Positions 10,199 to 18,317 of a stretch of 64,000 nucleotides of DNA are shown here, piece by piece. Position 1 is the stretch's first letter, and each line of letters starts with the position of its first letter. Origin of the DNA: Rhodobacter sp. (GTDB lineage: Bacteria; Pseudomonadota; Alphaproteobacteria; Rhodobacterales; Rhodobacteraceae). The stretch covers positions 16,777 to 80,776 of the forward strand of contig JASJDP010000006.1 of assembly GCA_030065095.1 (NCBI GenBank), read 5' to 3'. A program made the position numbers and the translations under genes. The notes under the pieces were generated by a model, which saw nothing but the letters and a program-made list of their open reading frames with translations, made no database searches and had not been told where the DNA came from.

Positions 10199-10214
10199 GT
10201 GAAATCGATTTCAC
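10199..10214. promoter_or_regulatory. perfect 16-bp palindrome GTGAAATCGATTTCAC, candidate LacI-family operator
   Basis: Read directly. Lies in the 146-bp divergent intergenic region between dctQ (start 10152) and the LacI gene (start 10299). Fits the LacI-family TGnAAnCGnTTnCA pattern. Confidence 0.6.
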
Positions 10215-10298
10215 GACTACCGGCATCGCGAGTCAACACTTTTCTGTTCATCCCGCCAAGCGTCTGATATGTAGCTGTTTACTAGCTCAAGGATCGGC

Positions 10299-11363
10299 AT
10301 GATCGCATCGGAAACGAGAAATCGATTGCAAGAATCGGCGTCGCGTGTGCGTGTGACCGACGTCGCACAACTGGCCGGTTGTGCCCCGGCGACCGTGTCT
10401 CGCGCGCTGAACAACCCCGATAAGGTTTCACCGGAAAAACGAGCCCGCGTCGAACGCGCGATGCTGGAATTGGGCTACGTCCGCAATCATGCCGCCCGCG
10501 CTTTGCGGTCCCAGCGCTCCAATATGGTCGGAGTGCTTATACCCACACTCGATTATGCGCTCTACGCCCGAATGGTGGGCGCCGCGAATGCGACGTTCTC
10601 CGAGGCGGGCATTTCGACCCTGATCGCGACCTTCAACTACGACCTCGATGCCGAAGTAAAAGAAGCAAAGTTGCTCCTGGAGCGCGGGGCAGAGGCCCTG
10701 ATGCTTGTCGGCGACAATCATCGGAGCGAACTTCACCAGATGCTCGATCAGGCGGGCGTGCCCTACGTCTGCACGTATGTGTCCAACCCCAAAAGCCCGC
10801 ATCCTACGGTTGGCTTCGACAACGCGACCGCGGCTGCAAAGCTCGCGCAGCATCTGGTGCATCTCGGTCACCGAAACATCGGCGTGATCAGCGGATTGAC
10901 AAAGGACAACGACCGAACGACCGAGCGCCTCGAAGGGATCAAATCGGAGCTCTCGCGCCACTCAATTGAATTGCGCCCGTCTATGATCACCGAGAGTCGT
11001 TACTCAATATCCGAAGGGCGCAAGGCCTGCATTCGGTTGCTCTATCGAAATGAGCCGAAACCAACTTCAATCATTTGCGGCAATGACGTTCTGGCCCTGG
11101 GTGCTCTCGTCGAATGCCAGGCGCGCGGACTACGGGTGCCGGAAGACATATCTGTCGTCGGTTTCGACAACCTCGAATTCTCTATGCACTCAAACCCGCC
11201 TTTGACAACGATTGATGTACCGGCCGAAGAAATGGGAACGGCAGCCGCCAACTACATTCTTGGTTCGCTCGACGGCGAGGCGGTGTCACTGCACAATCCT
11301 GTCGAGGTGGAACTGATCCTCAGGAATTCTTCCGCTCCGGCTGCATCCGAAAGTCGGATCTAA
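10299..11363 (+). CDS. LacI-family transcriptional regulator
   Basis: 354 aa. N-terminal HTH (VRVTDVAQLAGCAPATVSRALNNP) plus a periplasmic-binding-fold sugar-sensor domain. Confidence 0.9.
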   Translation: MIASETRNRLQESASRVRVTDVAQLAGCAPATVSRALNNPDKVSPEKRARVERAMLELGYVRNHAARALRSQRSNMVGVLIPTLDYALYARMVGAANATFSEAGISTLIATFNYDLDAEVKEAKLLLERGAEALMLVGDNHRSELHQMLDQAGVPYVCTYVSNPKSPHPTVGFDNATAAAKLAQHLVHLGHRNIGVISGLTKDNDRTTERLEGIKSELSRHSIELRPSMITESRYSISEGRKACIRLLYRNEPKPTSIICGNDVLALGALVECQARGLRVPEDISVVGFDNLEFSMHSNPPLTTIDVPAEEMGTAAANYILGSLDGEAVSLHNPVEVELILRNSSAPAASESRI

Positions 11364-11622
11364 GGAATGTGAGAGAAATCTCTTCTTGGCTTCGCATTGC
11401 CGAGAAGTACGGTAATCGTTCGTGGTCGCTAAAGGTCGTTTGCGGACATTCGATTTGGCCATCGAGTTGTCGGCTTCGTCCCGCCTTCCCGATACCAATC
11501 TTCGGCCCAATCAAGGTCTGGCAAGTGCAATCAGTCCACCGAGCGACAGCGCTGGGTTCAAATGCCGAACAGGTGCACACCCCGCCAATCAGCAGCACTC
11601 CAGATCGTGCAGTCAACAACAC

Positions 11623-13068
11623 CTAACCACCAGTGATGTCTCGCATCATCGGGGCGAGCTTGGGGTGCCGGAAATTGAACCCTGCATTCTGCAGGTGGGT
11701 CGGTATCACCCGTTGTCCGGCCAGCATTGTCTCGTGAGCCAAGTCGCCGAGTGCTGCCGACAGCAGCCAGCCAGGGAAGCGAAGGAACACGGGACGGTGA
11801 AGCGCCTGTGCGAGAGCGTTGGTGAAGTCGGCGTTGCGAACGGGCTCCGGGGCTGTCGCGTTCAAGGTGCCGGCGATGTCTTCGCGCGCCATGGCAAAGG
11901 AAATCACCCGGATCAAGTCGTCGCGTTCGATCCAGGACATCCATTGCGAGCCGCGGCCCATCACCCCGCCGCCGCCGAATTCAAAGGGCGTCAGCAGTCT
12001 TGCGAGAATGCCGCCCCCCACCCCTAGAACAAGGCCGATGCGAAGGACAACCACGCGAACGCCGCAAGCGGCAGCTTCGTGTGCTGCGCTCTCCCACGCC
12101 TCGCAGACATCGTGAACGAAGGCCGGTGCTGGTGCGGCGTCTTCCGACAGTTCCTCGTCGTCGCGCAATCCATACCAGCCGATCGCAGACCCGTTGATCA
12201 GACAGCTCGGCTTGTGTTCCAGCCGTTGGATCAGCTCGGTGACGGCTTTGGTCGTGGCCACGCGGCTTTCGATGATCCTGGCGCGTTTTTTCACTGTCCA
12301 AAGCCCGCTGGCAATCGGTTCACCCGCCAGGTTGACGATTGCGTCTAGACGGTCCGAGTCGTGTACCTGATCGAGGCTTGTGATCACCCGGACCGGGTGT
12401 GTCAGCGCATCAACCGACCGAAGGTCGCGGCTCAGCACGGTCACCCAGTGACCCGCGCCCACGAGCGCTTCAACAAGCCGACTCCCAATGAACCCGGTAC
12501 CGCCGGTGATCAGAACATGCCGGCGTTCCGGCAGGTCGGCCACCAGGTCCGCAGGGTCGCCCCGATCCAAACGGTCGCTGCGGGTCGCTGCCAACAGATC
12601 GCGCAGGCCAAATAGCCCGACCCCGATCGCCGAAACTGTCGCAAACACGCTCCACCAGCCGTAACTGGTTGGAACGGCGCGGGTCGGCAACTGTGCCCAC
12701 TCCCATAGAATAGGGCCTGCCAGCGCAAGAATGGCCCCGTAGTTCAGTGCCAGAAGTGTGTGGTTGATCCGCTCCGTCCCCGGCAGCTTGCGGGTCAGGT
12801 CTTCTTCGACGAAATCCCAAAGCGTGATCGCGACCTCCGTCGCCAGGATGGCGGCGAGCAGGATCGTGAAGAGGCCGTGGGGTTCGAGCCAGCCAAAGCT
12901 GAGGAAGATCACGGCATAGAAGAGGTTGCGTACGCCGTGGAGCCGCAACTCGGTCTTCTGTGACGGTCGCCAGGCGAGCCGTTCGCTGCCCTCATGATGT
13001 ACCAGTGTATCGAAGGCGCCCATAAAGACTTGAATGGCGATCAAAGTCCAAAGAACTGGGTTTTCCAT
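11623..13068 (-). CDS. N-terminal membrane domain fused to a TIGR01777/SDR39U1-type NAD-dependent epimerase-like domain (with DUF1731-like C-terminus)
   Basis: The ATG at 13068 lies 2 nt after the stop of the upstream DUF4166-like gene. About 200 aa of hydrophobic N-terminus are followed by VLITGGTGFIGSRLVEAL. Confidence 0.75.
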   Translation of the reverse strand: MENPVLWTLIAIQVFMGAFDTLVHHEGSERLAWRPSQKTELRLHGVRNLFYAVIFLSFGWLEPHGLFTILLAAILATEVAITLWDFVEEDLTRKLPGTERINHTLLALNYGAILALAGPILWEWAQLPTRAVPTSYGWWSVFATVSAIGVGLFGLRDLLAATRSDRLDRGDPADLVADLPERRHVLITGGTGFIGSRLVEALVGAGHWVTVLSRDLRSVDALTHPVRVITSLDQVHDSDRLDAIVNLAGEPIASGLWTVKKRARIIESRVATTKAVTELIQRLEHKPSCLINGSAIGWYGLRDDEELSEDAAPAPAFVHDVCEAWESAAHEAAACGVRVVVLRIGLVLGVGGGILARLLTPFEFGGGGVMGRGSQWMSWIERDDLIRVISFAMAREDIAGTLNATAPEPVRNADFTNALAQALHRPVFLRFPGWLLSAALGDLAHETMLAGQRVIPTHLQNAGFNFRHPKLAPMMRDITGG

Positions 13069-13070
13069 GG

Positions 13071-13718
13071 TCAAACCTCGCTGTCGAAAAACTGCGCATC
13101 CTGGTGGATCAGCTCCCCAAGAAGGCGGCTTTTCAGGGTCAGGGAAAACAGGAACCGGCCATCGCCAAGGTCCCTGTGTGCGATCGTCAGGGCTCCAGGA
13201 TTCAGCCAACGTGGTAGCCGGATACGGAGCGCTCCAAGCCGCAAGAAGTAGTGGTCGCTTTTGAAGATCAAAGCGCCCCCTTCGGTGCTCACGCGCAGGG
13301 CCATGCCGATGCCGGCGCCGACATATTCCTCGATCCCCGTGGGGCCGCCAAAGCGCTTGGAGCTATGGACGACTTGCGGGAATCCCGTTGCCCGGCCGTA
13401 TTGGCGGATCCAGAACTGTCCTTGTCCGGCGCAGTCTTCGGTGACCGAGACGATGGCCGGTTGTCCGATCGAGGAAAGATCGAAGGGAAGCGGGCCGCCG
13501 ATGATCCGGGTGATGTGGGCCAGAAGCCGTCCGGCGAGGTTCATGCGCATGGCAACGACCTGGCCCTGATAGACGACACTCGCACCGTCGATCAGGCGCT
13601 TGCCGAAACGTCTGCGAACGGCGGCGGGCAAGGCGCCCCACTCGCGCGCGCCGAGGAGTCTGCGGAAGCGATCATCGGGGATTGCGTGCTGGGCGGGGCG
13701 AACGGCGTCGTGTTTCAT
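13071..13718 (-). CDS. DUF4166-like protein
   Basis: 215 aa from the ATG at 13718 (ORF extends to 13775). Co-oriented and almost abutting the SDR gene, a pairing I recall as recurrent. Family call is from memory. Confidence 0.6.
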   Translation of the reverse strand: MKHDAVRPAQHAIPDDRFRRLLGAREWGALPAAVRRRFGKRLIDGASVVYQGQVVAMRMNLAGRLLAHITRIIGGPLPFDLSSIGQPAIVSVTEDCAGQGQFWIRQYGRATGFPQVVHSSKRFGGPTGIEEYVGAGIGMALRVSTEGGALIFKSDHYFLRLGALRIRLPRWLNPGALTIAHRDLGDGRFLFSLTLKSRLLGELIHQDAQFFDSEV

Positions 13719-13785
13719 CTTGCATCTGCTACTGTTGTTTCGAGCATTTCTGTATAGAGAGAAAGGTCGGGGCAAATTTTTTTCG

Positions 13786-14346
13786 CTACTTTTCCTTCCG
13801 GCCGCCGACCTTGAGCAGCGACAAAACTTTGTCGCCCATTTTCATGAGCATCGAGAGTTTGGATTTCGGAACCGACAGCATCTGCTCAGACCATCGATCC
13901 GCCGTTGTCAAAAACTCATGCATGTCGTTCAGGCGGCCCAGCACTGTCGGGTCCATATTCGGTTCGTTTTTGGCCTGGGTCACACAGATATCTATGGCGC
14001 GAATGGCGGGGTCGATCTCGCGTTCCTTCCGTCCCTTGGTGATCAGCAGTGCCATCTCCCAGACATCCGTTTCCGCAACGAAATGCTCGCGGCGGTCTCC
14101 AGCGACCGGCACGCGCTGAATGAGACGCCAACCCACCAATTCCTTGAGCGAATTGGAGACATTTGACCGGGCAATTCCCAGCTCTTCAGAGATCTGTTCG
14201 GCATTCATTGGATTGGGGCTCAAGAACAAAAGGGCATGAATTTGCGCGACCGATCGGTTCACGCCCCATTGGCTGCCCATATCTCCCCAGTAGAGGATGA
14301 ACTGCGACCTTGCAGTCGAATCAGTCATGTTCGGTATTTCTGTCAT
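13786..14346 (-). CDS. GbsR/MarR-type winged-helix transcriptional regulator
   Basis: Motif block FILYWGDMGSQWGVNRSVAQIHALLFLSPNPMNAEQISEELGIARSNVSNSLKELVGWRLI. Start is ATG 14346 or 14328; the longer ORF to 14517 is rejected. Confidence 0.75.
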   Translation of the reverse strand: MTEIPNMTDSTARSQFILYWGDMGSQWGVNRSVAQIHALLFLSPNPMNAEQISEELGIARSNVSNSLKELVGWRLIQRVPVAGDRREHFVAETDVWEMALLITKGRKEREIDPAIRAIDICVTQAKNEPNMDPTVLGRLNDMHEFLTTADRWSEQMLSVPKSKLSMLMKMGDKVLSLLKVGGRKEK

Positions 14347-14588
14347 GACAGAAATAAACGACGAAACGCTGATCGAGTCAAGTGATTTATCTTTCCGAGG
14401 CCTGCAAGTGACGCGATCGCCTCTGCGATCTTGGGTGCGAGCGCCGCAATCAGGGCTTCCGCTTGCTTGTCGTTTTCGGCCATGTCTGGTTCCTTGTGTT
14501 GGGGAGGCCCATGCCACTAGCCCGCCTCTACATTACAAGGAGCAGAACACGGACCTACAGGCCGAGTCCTTTGCGAGGTCGGATCCCA

Positions 14589-14727
14589 CTAGTTGACCCC
14601 CCAAGCTTCGACGCCGCCCTTGGTGGCGCAGACGCGCAAGCCTTTCACGTTGGGATCGCTAAACCATGAGTTTTTCGTCTGCCGACAACGTCTTGAGTGT
14701 CGAATCCTTGAACGTAATCTGTGGCAT
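14589..14727 (-). pseudogene. remnant of a P4-type integrase N-terminus (DUF4102-like arm-binding domain), frameshifted and truncated
   Basis: Hand translation gives MPQITFKDSTLKTLSADEKLMV*, and the +1 frame continues FSDPNVKGLRVCATKGGVEAWGVN*. The pattern matches integrase N-termini (compare LTDAQIKRLRVPEKGQKTYFDDGLSGFGVRVSQGGTKTF of the intact integrase at 15044). Confidence 0.55.
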
Positions 14728-14860
14728 GTCGTTTCATTGTAATGAGCGTTTCGTTACAAAATTCACATGATGTTCCAACATACTCAAACCCAACCACAGA
14801 TTGCATAGACACCCCATTTCGCTAGGAAAAAATCCTTGCGAAATCGGTATTTGACTGGTG

Positions 14861-14911
14861 TTTCAGTGGTGAGCCGTGCAGGATTCGAACCTGCGACCCA
14901 CTGATTAAAAG
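14861..14911. repeat. attL-type direct repeat (51 bp, identical to 58415..58465); contains the 3'-terminal 45 nt of tRNA-Lys
   Basis: Base-by-base comparison: TTTCAGTGGTGAGCCGTGCAGGATTCGAACCTGCGACCCACTGATTAAAAG is present at both sites and the flanks diverge immediately. Confidence 0.92.
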
Positions 14912-15033
14912 ACTGAAATCCAACTATCTCAGCACTTCTCATAGGCGAATAATATTTGTATAAAAACAACATGATATCCGCAGAACGCTGAATATACCGG
15001 AACATAGAATACCCCTTAAACGCGAGAGATTTG

Positions 15034-15053
15034 TGAGCCTAAGATGAGCCTAA
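15034..15053. promoter_or_regulatory. tandem TGAGCCTAA 9-mers (11-bp register), candidate integrase arm-type sites overlapping the int start codon
   Basis: TGAGCCTAAgaTGAGCCTAA is read here. TGAGCCTAAaaTGAGCCTAA is read at 58365..58384, at the other island end. Confidence 0.5.
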
Positions 15054-16156
15054 CCGACGCACAGATAAAACGTCTGCGGGTCCCGGAAAAGGGGCAGAAG
15101 ACCTACTTTGACGACGGACTGTCCGGCTTTGGCGTCCGCGTTTCTCAAGGCGGTACCAAGACTTTCATTGCGTTGTGCGGACCTAAACGGAAACGGCATT
15201 CCATCGGGCGCTATCCCAACATGTCGCTGGCCGAAGCACGGGCGAGGGCCAAGAAAATCCAAGCCGAATTTGCCTTGGACAGCCCGATTGAGATTGCCCG
15301 ACCCTCGCTGGGGTTTGACGATGCGCGGCGGATGTTTTTGGCCGACAGCGAAAAGCGGAACCGGCCCCGGACGTTTGATGAATACCATCGCCTGCTGCAT
15401 CGGCACTTTGCGTTCAAGGGCAACTTGGATGAGATCGACAGGCATCAACTGGTGCGGGCGTTGGACAAACTAAAGTCCACCCCGTCCGAACAAAAGCATG
15501 CCTTTGTGGCCATCCGCACCATGATGAACTGGTGCTGCAAGCGCGGACACATTGACGTGTCGCCGGTGCCGCCGCTGACTTTCAAGACCACACCGCGCGA
15601 CCGGGTGCTGACCGCCGACGAATTGCGCACGGTGTGGCTGCGGGCCGAGGACTACGGCTATCCCTTCGGAGCAATTGTGCGACTGCTGATTTTGACCGGC
15701 CAGCGCCGTAGTGAAATCACCAACCTGCGTCGCAGTTGGCTGGAAGCAGACGCCATTACCTTCCCGACCGAGATCATCAAAAACGCGCGCGAACACACCA
15801 TCCCCATGGGCGATATGACCCGCACCCTGATCGCCGATCTACCCGAGCGCACCGACCTGCTGTTTCCGTCCCGCCTGAATGACGAAACGCCTTTCAACGG
15901 TTTCTCCCGCTCTAAACGCACCTTCGACCGGGAAATCGAGATCGAACCCTACACGCTGCACGACCTACGCCGCACCTTCAGCAGCCTCATGGCCAAGCTG
16001 GGCACGCCCATCCACGTGACCGAAAAAATTCTCAACCACACTTCCGGCACCATTAGCGGTGTGGCCGCTGTCTACAACCGCCACTCGTACCAAGACGAGA
16101 TGCGTGAGGCGTTGGCCGCCTATGAGGGCTATCTGCAAGATCTGATGAAGGCCTGA
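15044..16156 (+). CDS. int: tyrosine integrase, P4-like (DUF4102 N-domain plus phage-integrase catalytic domain)
   Basis: 370 aa with catalytic signature elements (TGQRRSE, HDLRRTFSS, LNHTSG...AAVYNRH). Located 133 bp from attL. Confidence 0.9.
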   Translation: MSLTDAQIKRLRVPEKGQKTYFDDGLSGFGVRVSQGGTKTFIALCGPKRKRHSIGRYPNMSLAEARARAKKIQAEFALDSPIEIARPSLGFDDARRMFLADSEKRNRPRTFDEYHRLLHRHFAFKGNLDEIDRHQLVRALDKLKSTPSEQKHAFVAIRTMMNWCCKRGHIDVSPVPPLTFKTTPRDRVLTADELRTVWLRAEDYGYPFGAIVRLLILTGQRRSEITNLRRSWLEADAITFPTEIIKNAREHTIPMGDMTRTLIADLPERTDLLFPSRLNDETPFNGFSRSKRTFDREIEIEPYTLHDLRRTFSSLMAKLGTPIHVTEKILNHTSGTISGVAAVYNRHSYQDEMREALAAYEGYLQDLMKA

Positions 16157-16219
16157 ACCGGACCTGGGCCAACGGCGTCAAGATTTGCGCGTTCCAGCCT
16201 GATTCACTATATTGACCCT

Positions 16220-16489
16220 ATGAACCAAACACTCTCTGCCCGACTGGCCGAAGCCCAATCCCTCTCGGACGCCGATCAAACCAGGCTGGCCGAGTTCATT
16301 GGTGATTTCATCGATAATGCCAAGAGCGCAGACCAATTTGAGCGCGACATGGCCGACCCGAGTTACCGGGCGTATGTCGAAGGTGCGCTCGATGAGGGCG
16401 AGACGGACAGACAAGCCGGGCGGGTGAAACCCATCGACGAGGCCTTGGACCCGGTGGTTGCTAAGTTCAAAGCCCAGCATGGTCTATAA
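16220..16489 (+). CDS. putative type II antitoxin (ParD-like)
   Basis: 89-aa acidic protein whose stop overlaps the start of the ParE-like gene (ATGGTCTATAA). Confidence 0.55.
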   Translation: MNQTLSARLAEAQSLSDADQTRLAEFIGDFIDNAKSADQFERDMADPSYRAYVEGALDEGETDRQAGRVKPIDEALDPVVAKFKAQHGL

Positions 16490-16778
16490 GGTTCTGATCA
16501 CGGCACGCGCCGAGGCAGACTTCCAACGCTTACTTTTCGAGAACGCCGACCGCTACACGCCGCGCGAGCGCTTGGATTACGTAGAAGCCATCCGCACCAA
16601 ATGCCGAGGTCTGGATTGGTTTCCCAAGCGATCCACGCCAGTGACCATCAAGGGGCTCATGTATTGGCGGCTGACCTTCAAAGCGCACACGGTGTTCTAC
16701 CGGGTGTTCGACGACGAGCGAGTGGTCGAGATCGAGGCAGTGTTGCACTCGGCGATGGACCACACGCGCCGAATTTGA
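16479..16778 (+). CDS. parE: ParE/RelE-family toxin
   Basis: 99 aa from the ATG at 16479. MVYKVLITARAEADF ... HTVFYRVFDDERVVEIEAVLHSAMD follows the ParE pattern. Confidence 0.7.
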   Translation: MVYKVLITARAEADFQRLLFENADRYTPRERLDYVEAIRTKCRGLDWFPKRSTPVTIKGLMYWRLTFKAHTVFYRVFDDERVVEIEAVLHSAMDHTRRI

Positions 16779-17123
16779 CTGGATGGTCATCACTCAATCC
16801 GGCTGGCCCCGATCTGTCCGGAGATTTCGTCCTGCAACTCTCTGCACAAATCGACTGATCTGGCAAAGCGCGGTTCGTCCAGCTTGTAGCTTTCAAGCAC
16901 AGCCAGCAGAAGCCTGACTTGGGTCCAGGCCTGGGTATGGCCAATAGGCTTGGAGAAATCCGGCATGTTGGAGTGGGTCATTCCGTCCCAGCCTACGTTT
17001 ACAATTTGAAGAAGCAAACCTTTCTGGGCGTTGTTTTTGAACGGCTTTTCTCTCGGTGGTCATAGCGGTTGGTCCTTCGGAGCAAGCGAAAACGGCTGGT
17101 TTTCTGGGCATTCTGGCGACGAT

Positions 17124-17150
17124 AGGTAAGCTTTTTCAAAAAGCTTACCT
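17124..17150. promoter_or_regulatory. perfect 27-bp palindrome AGGTAAGCTTTTTCAAAAAGCTTACCT
   Basis: Read directly: 13-bp arms around a single central C. Ends 16 bp before the recombinase ATG at 17167. Confidence 0.6.
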
Positions 17151-17166
17151 TTAACCCCGACCGAGC

Positions 17167-17883
17167 ATGGGGAAAAAACCTCGGCGCAACGGCGCGGGTT
17201 GGAACAAGGACAAGGCGCAGGGACAAAAGCGCCACTTCACGTTGGACGAGACGATCAAGCTGGCGACACATCTCCAGCGGACGCGGCAGTGGCACGATCT
17301 GGCACTGCTGACGGTTGGGTTGGACACCATGTTGCGGGCCAGCGATCTGCTCAAGTTGACCGTGGCCGACGTGACCTATTCGACAGGGGCGATCCGCACC
17401 GAATTGCACCTGCAACAACGCAAGACCCGGACCACGGTGCAGCCAACCCTCACGGTATCCACAAAGAAGAAAGTGGCGCGCTGGATCGAGCAATCGGGCA
17501 AAACTCGGCGCGACTATCTGTTTACCCGGTTCAAACCGCCGAGCGCCGCGCCGATCTGCCACAAACATCTGGTCAGCCTGGTGAAGGGCTGGGCGGTCTG
17601 GCTGGGCCATCCGCCCGACGACTACGCCGCCCATTCGTTGCGGCGTTCCAAAGCGATAGCCCTGTATCGGGCCGGAGCCCCGATTGCCGAGTTGTCCGAG
17701 GCGTTGGGTCACAAAACTCAAGCCTCAACCATGCTCTATCTCGGCATCACGCAGGAACGCGTGCGCCGGGTCATGCTCAGTCTGGACATGACCAGCGGTT
17801 TTGCGGGTCACTTGGACTGGGGAGAAAACGCCCAGAAAACTTTGCCAGAACAGCCGCTTTCTGGTATAATTTCAAGATTATAA
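17167..17883 (+). CDS. tyrosine recombinase, short catalytic-domain-type
   Basis: 238 aa. DTMLRASDLL (Arg), HSLRRSKA (His-x-x-Arg), GHKTQASTMLYLG (His, Tyr). Confidence 0.75.
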   Translation: MGKKPRRNGAGWNKDKAQGQKRHFTLDETIKLATHLQRTRQWHDLALLTVGLDTMLRASDLLKLTVADVTYSTGAIRTELHLQQRKTRTTVQPTLTVSTKKKVARWIEQSGKTRRDYLFTRFKPPSAAPICHKHLVSLVKGWAVWLGHPPDDYAAHSLRRSKAIALYRAGAPIAELSEALGHKTQASTMLYLGITQERVRRVMLSLDMTSGFAGHLDWGENAQKTLPEQPLSGIISRL

Positions 17884-17894
17884 CCCTGATCTTG

Positions 17895-18308
17895 ATGACC
17901 AGCTTTTCTTCCGTCACCGCGACCGCTCAGGATAATTCCGGCAAAGATTGCGCTACCCTGCGCGTGGAAAACGGCTGGTCCCGCGCCCAGTATCGTGAGT
18001 GCCGCCGGGTCGAGGTGCAGGCCAACATCGACCGTTTGGACGCTGAGTTTGCCGAGATGCGCGACTGGCTCAGAGCGCGCGGACTGGATGTAAACGACGC
18101 CGGACATATCACGGACCCCGCAGGCCGCACTCTGGCGCAAATTGAGGCGTCAAACGCCGCTTTGGCGGCGAGCAACGCGGATTTGGCGGCGAGCAACGCG
18201 GCGCTGAGTGCAGAGATCAAGAGCTATCGTCTACGTTCAAAGATCGCCGACGAGAAATATGAGCGCATCCTGCGCGAGTTCGAGCAGACTATTCTGCAGG
18301 GCCAATAA
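17895..18308 (+). CDS. hypothetical coiled-coil protein with LAASNA[AD] heptad repeats
   Basis: An in-frame ATG at 17895 lies within the long ORF 17199..18308, 12 nt after the recombinase stop. The upstream part of that ORF overlaps the recombinase out of frame and is rejected. Confidence 0.45.
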   Translation: MTSFSSVTATAQDNSGKDCATLRVENGWSRAQYRECRRVEVQANIDRLDAEFAEMRDWLRARGLDVNDAGHITDPAGRTLAQIEASNAALAASNADLAASNAALSAEIKSYRLRSKIADEKYERILREFEQTILQGQ

Positions 18309-18317
18309 TTCCCCTAA

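Noticed and set aside
7305-10302. Long plus-strand ORFs (7305..8405, 9370..10302) opposite the M24/DctM/DctQ genes
   Set aside because: These are shadow ORFs in GC-rich DNA. Their translations are dominated by R/G/D/H runs, and the opposite-strand genes have clear TRAP and M24 signatures.
14784-15005. 73-aa minus-strand ORF spanning attL
   Set aside because: It translates the tRNA fragment and the AT-rich arm region, so it is a spurious ORF.
17199-17894. N-terminal 232 codons of the 369-aa ORF 17199..18308
   Set aside because: This part overlaps the tyrosine recombinase out of frame and translates to Arg/Gly/Ala-rich low complexity. Only the part from the ATG at 17895 is kept.
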